Shown here: positions 63,054-64,000 of the stretch, piece by piece
How positions within the stretch are numbered: position 1 is the stretch's first letter
Layout: each line of letters begins with the position of its first letter
Origin: Paragordius varius
Lineage: Eukaryota; Animalia; Nematomorpha
Direction: 5' to 3'
DNA: 64,000 bases
Assembly: GCA_964247055.1 (NCBI GenBank)
Contig: OZ176054.1
Span: 13,082,001 to 13,146,000, forward strand
The notes under the pieces: model-generated
What the model was told of the DNA's origin: nothing
Database searches by the model: none
What the model saw: only the letters and a program-made list of their open reading frames with translations
Position numbers and translations under genes: made by a program

Positions 63054-64000
63054 CTAGCGTGAATCTCGTGCTGCTACGCAGCCCGAGGAAGTCCTTCGGA
63101 CTTCTGGGGAGGGGGGGAGGGGTTCGAAGTTTGGATTTGATTGGGTCTACCGGTTTTCCTGTACCAGATCACAAAGCCAGCATTTTCCATTTTTATAAAT
63201 ATATAGATGAGGATAAATAATGTATTAATATCCATATATCTTTTAACATGCTATGCATATGATAGATACTCCTTACTCAGCATCTATCATCAAAGAAACG
63301 CTTGACTAAAATTTTTGCCTTTTAACAGGCAATACGAAAAATCTTTCTCGAATTTTTACAGTCTCATACCGTGGACAAAAAAATACAATAAAAAAATATT
63401 TTTGTGGACTTTGTTTTTTTTGAAAAAAATGGCATTTTACGGGGGGAGCGGGTAAAAAGAGGGCCTAAATCAAAAAAGTGACTCGACCATGTTCAGCGCG
63501 ATCAAAAATAAGTAAACAAAATTCATATTTGAAATTGAATGGTCCAACACGTTCTCCAAAAAATTGACTTAACCCATTTTTCACACGGGGTGGGCCCGAA
63601 CTGGGGACCTAATTCCAAAAAAGGGCGAAGCTATTGTCGGGGCATTCATTAATGATTATATTTTTTCGATATTTGGATTTGATTGGGATCACCGGTTTTC
63701 CGGAAACAGTTCACAAAGTTATATGAAAAATCAGTTTTTAGCGGGTAGCTCCTTACCCAGTAGCTATCATCAAATAAACGGTGGACTAAAATTTTTGCCT
63801 TTTAACAGGGAATACGTGGAATCTTTATTGAATTTTTACGGTCTCATACCTAGGGCGAAAAATCGATTTAGAAAATTATTTTTGTGGACTTTGTTTTTTG
63901 AAAAAAATGGCATTTTACGGGGGGAGCGGGTAAAAAGAGGGCCTAAATCAAAAAAGTGACTCGACTATGTTCGGCGCAATCGAAAATAAGTAAACAAAAA
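63054..64000 (-). mobile_element. Helitron-like element, 3' end, with internal ~480-540 bp tandem duplication
   Basis: Minus strand reads CTCGGGCTGC-GTA-GCAGCACGAG (10-bp stem, one mismatch; 63065-63087), 7 nt, CTAG (63054-63057), then T. Two related units lie at ~63121-63664 and 63665->64000. No Rep/Hel ORF in the window. Confidence 0.7.

Noticed and set aside
63723-63959. 78-aa ORF in the Helitron repeat unit
   Set aside because: No Rep/helicase motif, and the frame is not evidently preserved in the sister unit.
1-64000. Assigning a species or phylum
   Set aside because: Gene content indicates an invertebrate animal, but finer placement needs a phylogeny of ITSN, USP36 or RRS1, which could not be run.

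Overview
Very AT-rich (roughly 20-25% GC by eye), intron-rich eukaryotic DNA; the gene content points to an invertebrate animal, lineage not determinable here. Manual splicing reconstructs seven genes: YJU2B/CCDC130 (-, 3' end outside window), intersectin short form (+, 24 exons), ERG28 (-), RRS1 (+), UXT (-), a GH20 beta-hexosaminidase (-, 14 exons) and a USP36/42-type deubiquitinase (+, probably running past the window). The strongest signals concern splicing. Twelve introns are only 25-34 nt, while most others are hundreds to thousands of nt and largely filled with MITEs or tandem duplications. 5' splice sites are highly degenerate (only about 12 of about 64 have +5 G). At least four local tandem duplications copy exon/intron junctions and create decoy splice sites or candidate poison exons. 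The repeat content includes a TTAA piggyBac-type MITE (5 copies), TA-flanked CAGT-ended MITEs (one seeding a satellite), foldback-like elements with variable 21-bp subterminal arrays, an ~890-bp palindrome and a Helitron 3' end. All exon models were derived by eye from reading frame, GT/AG ends and recalled family motifs; no database search or RNA data were used.
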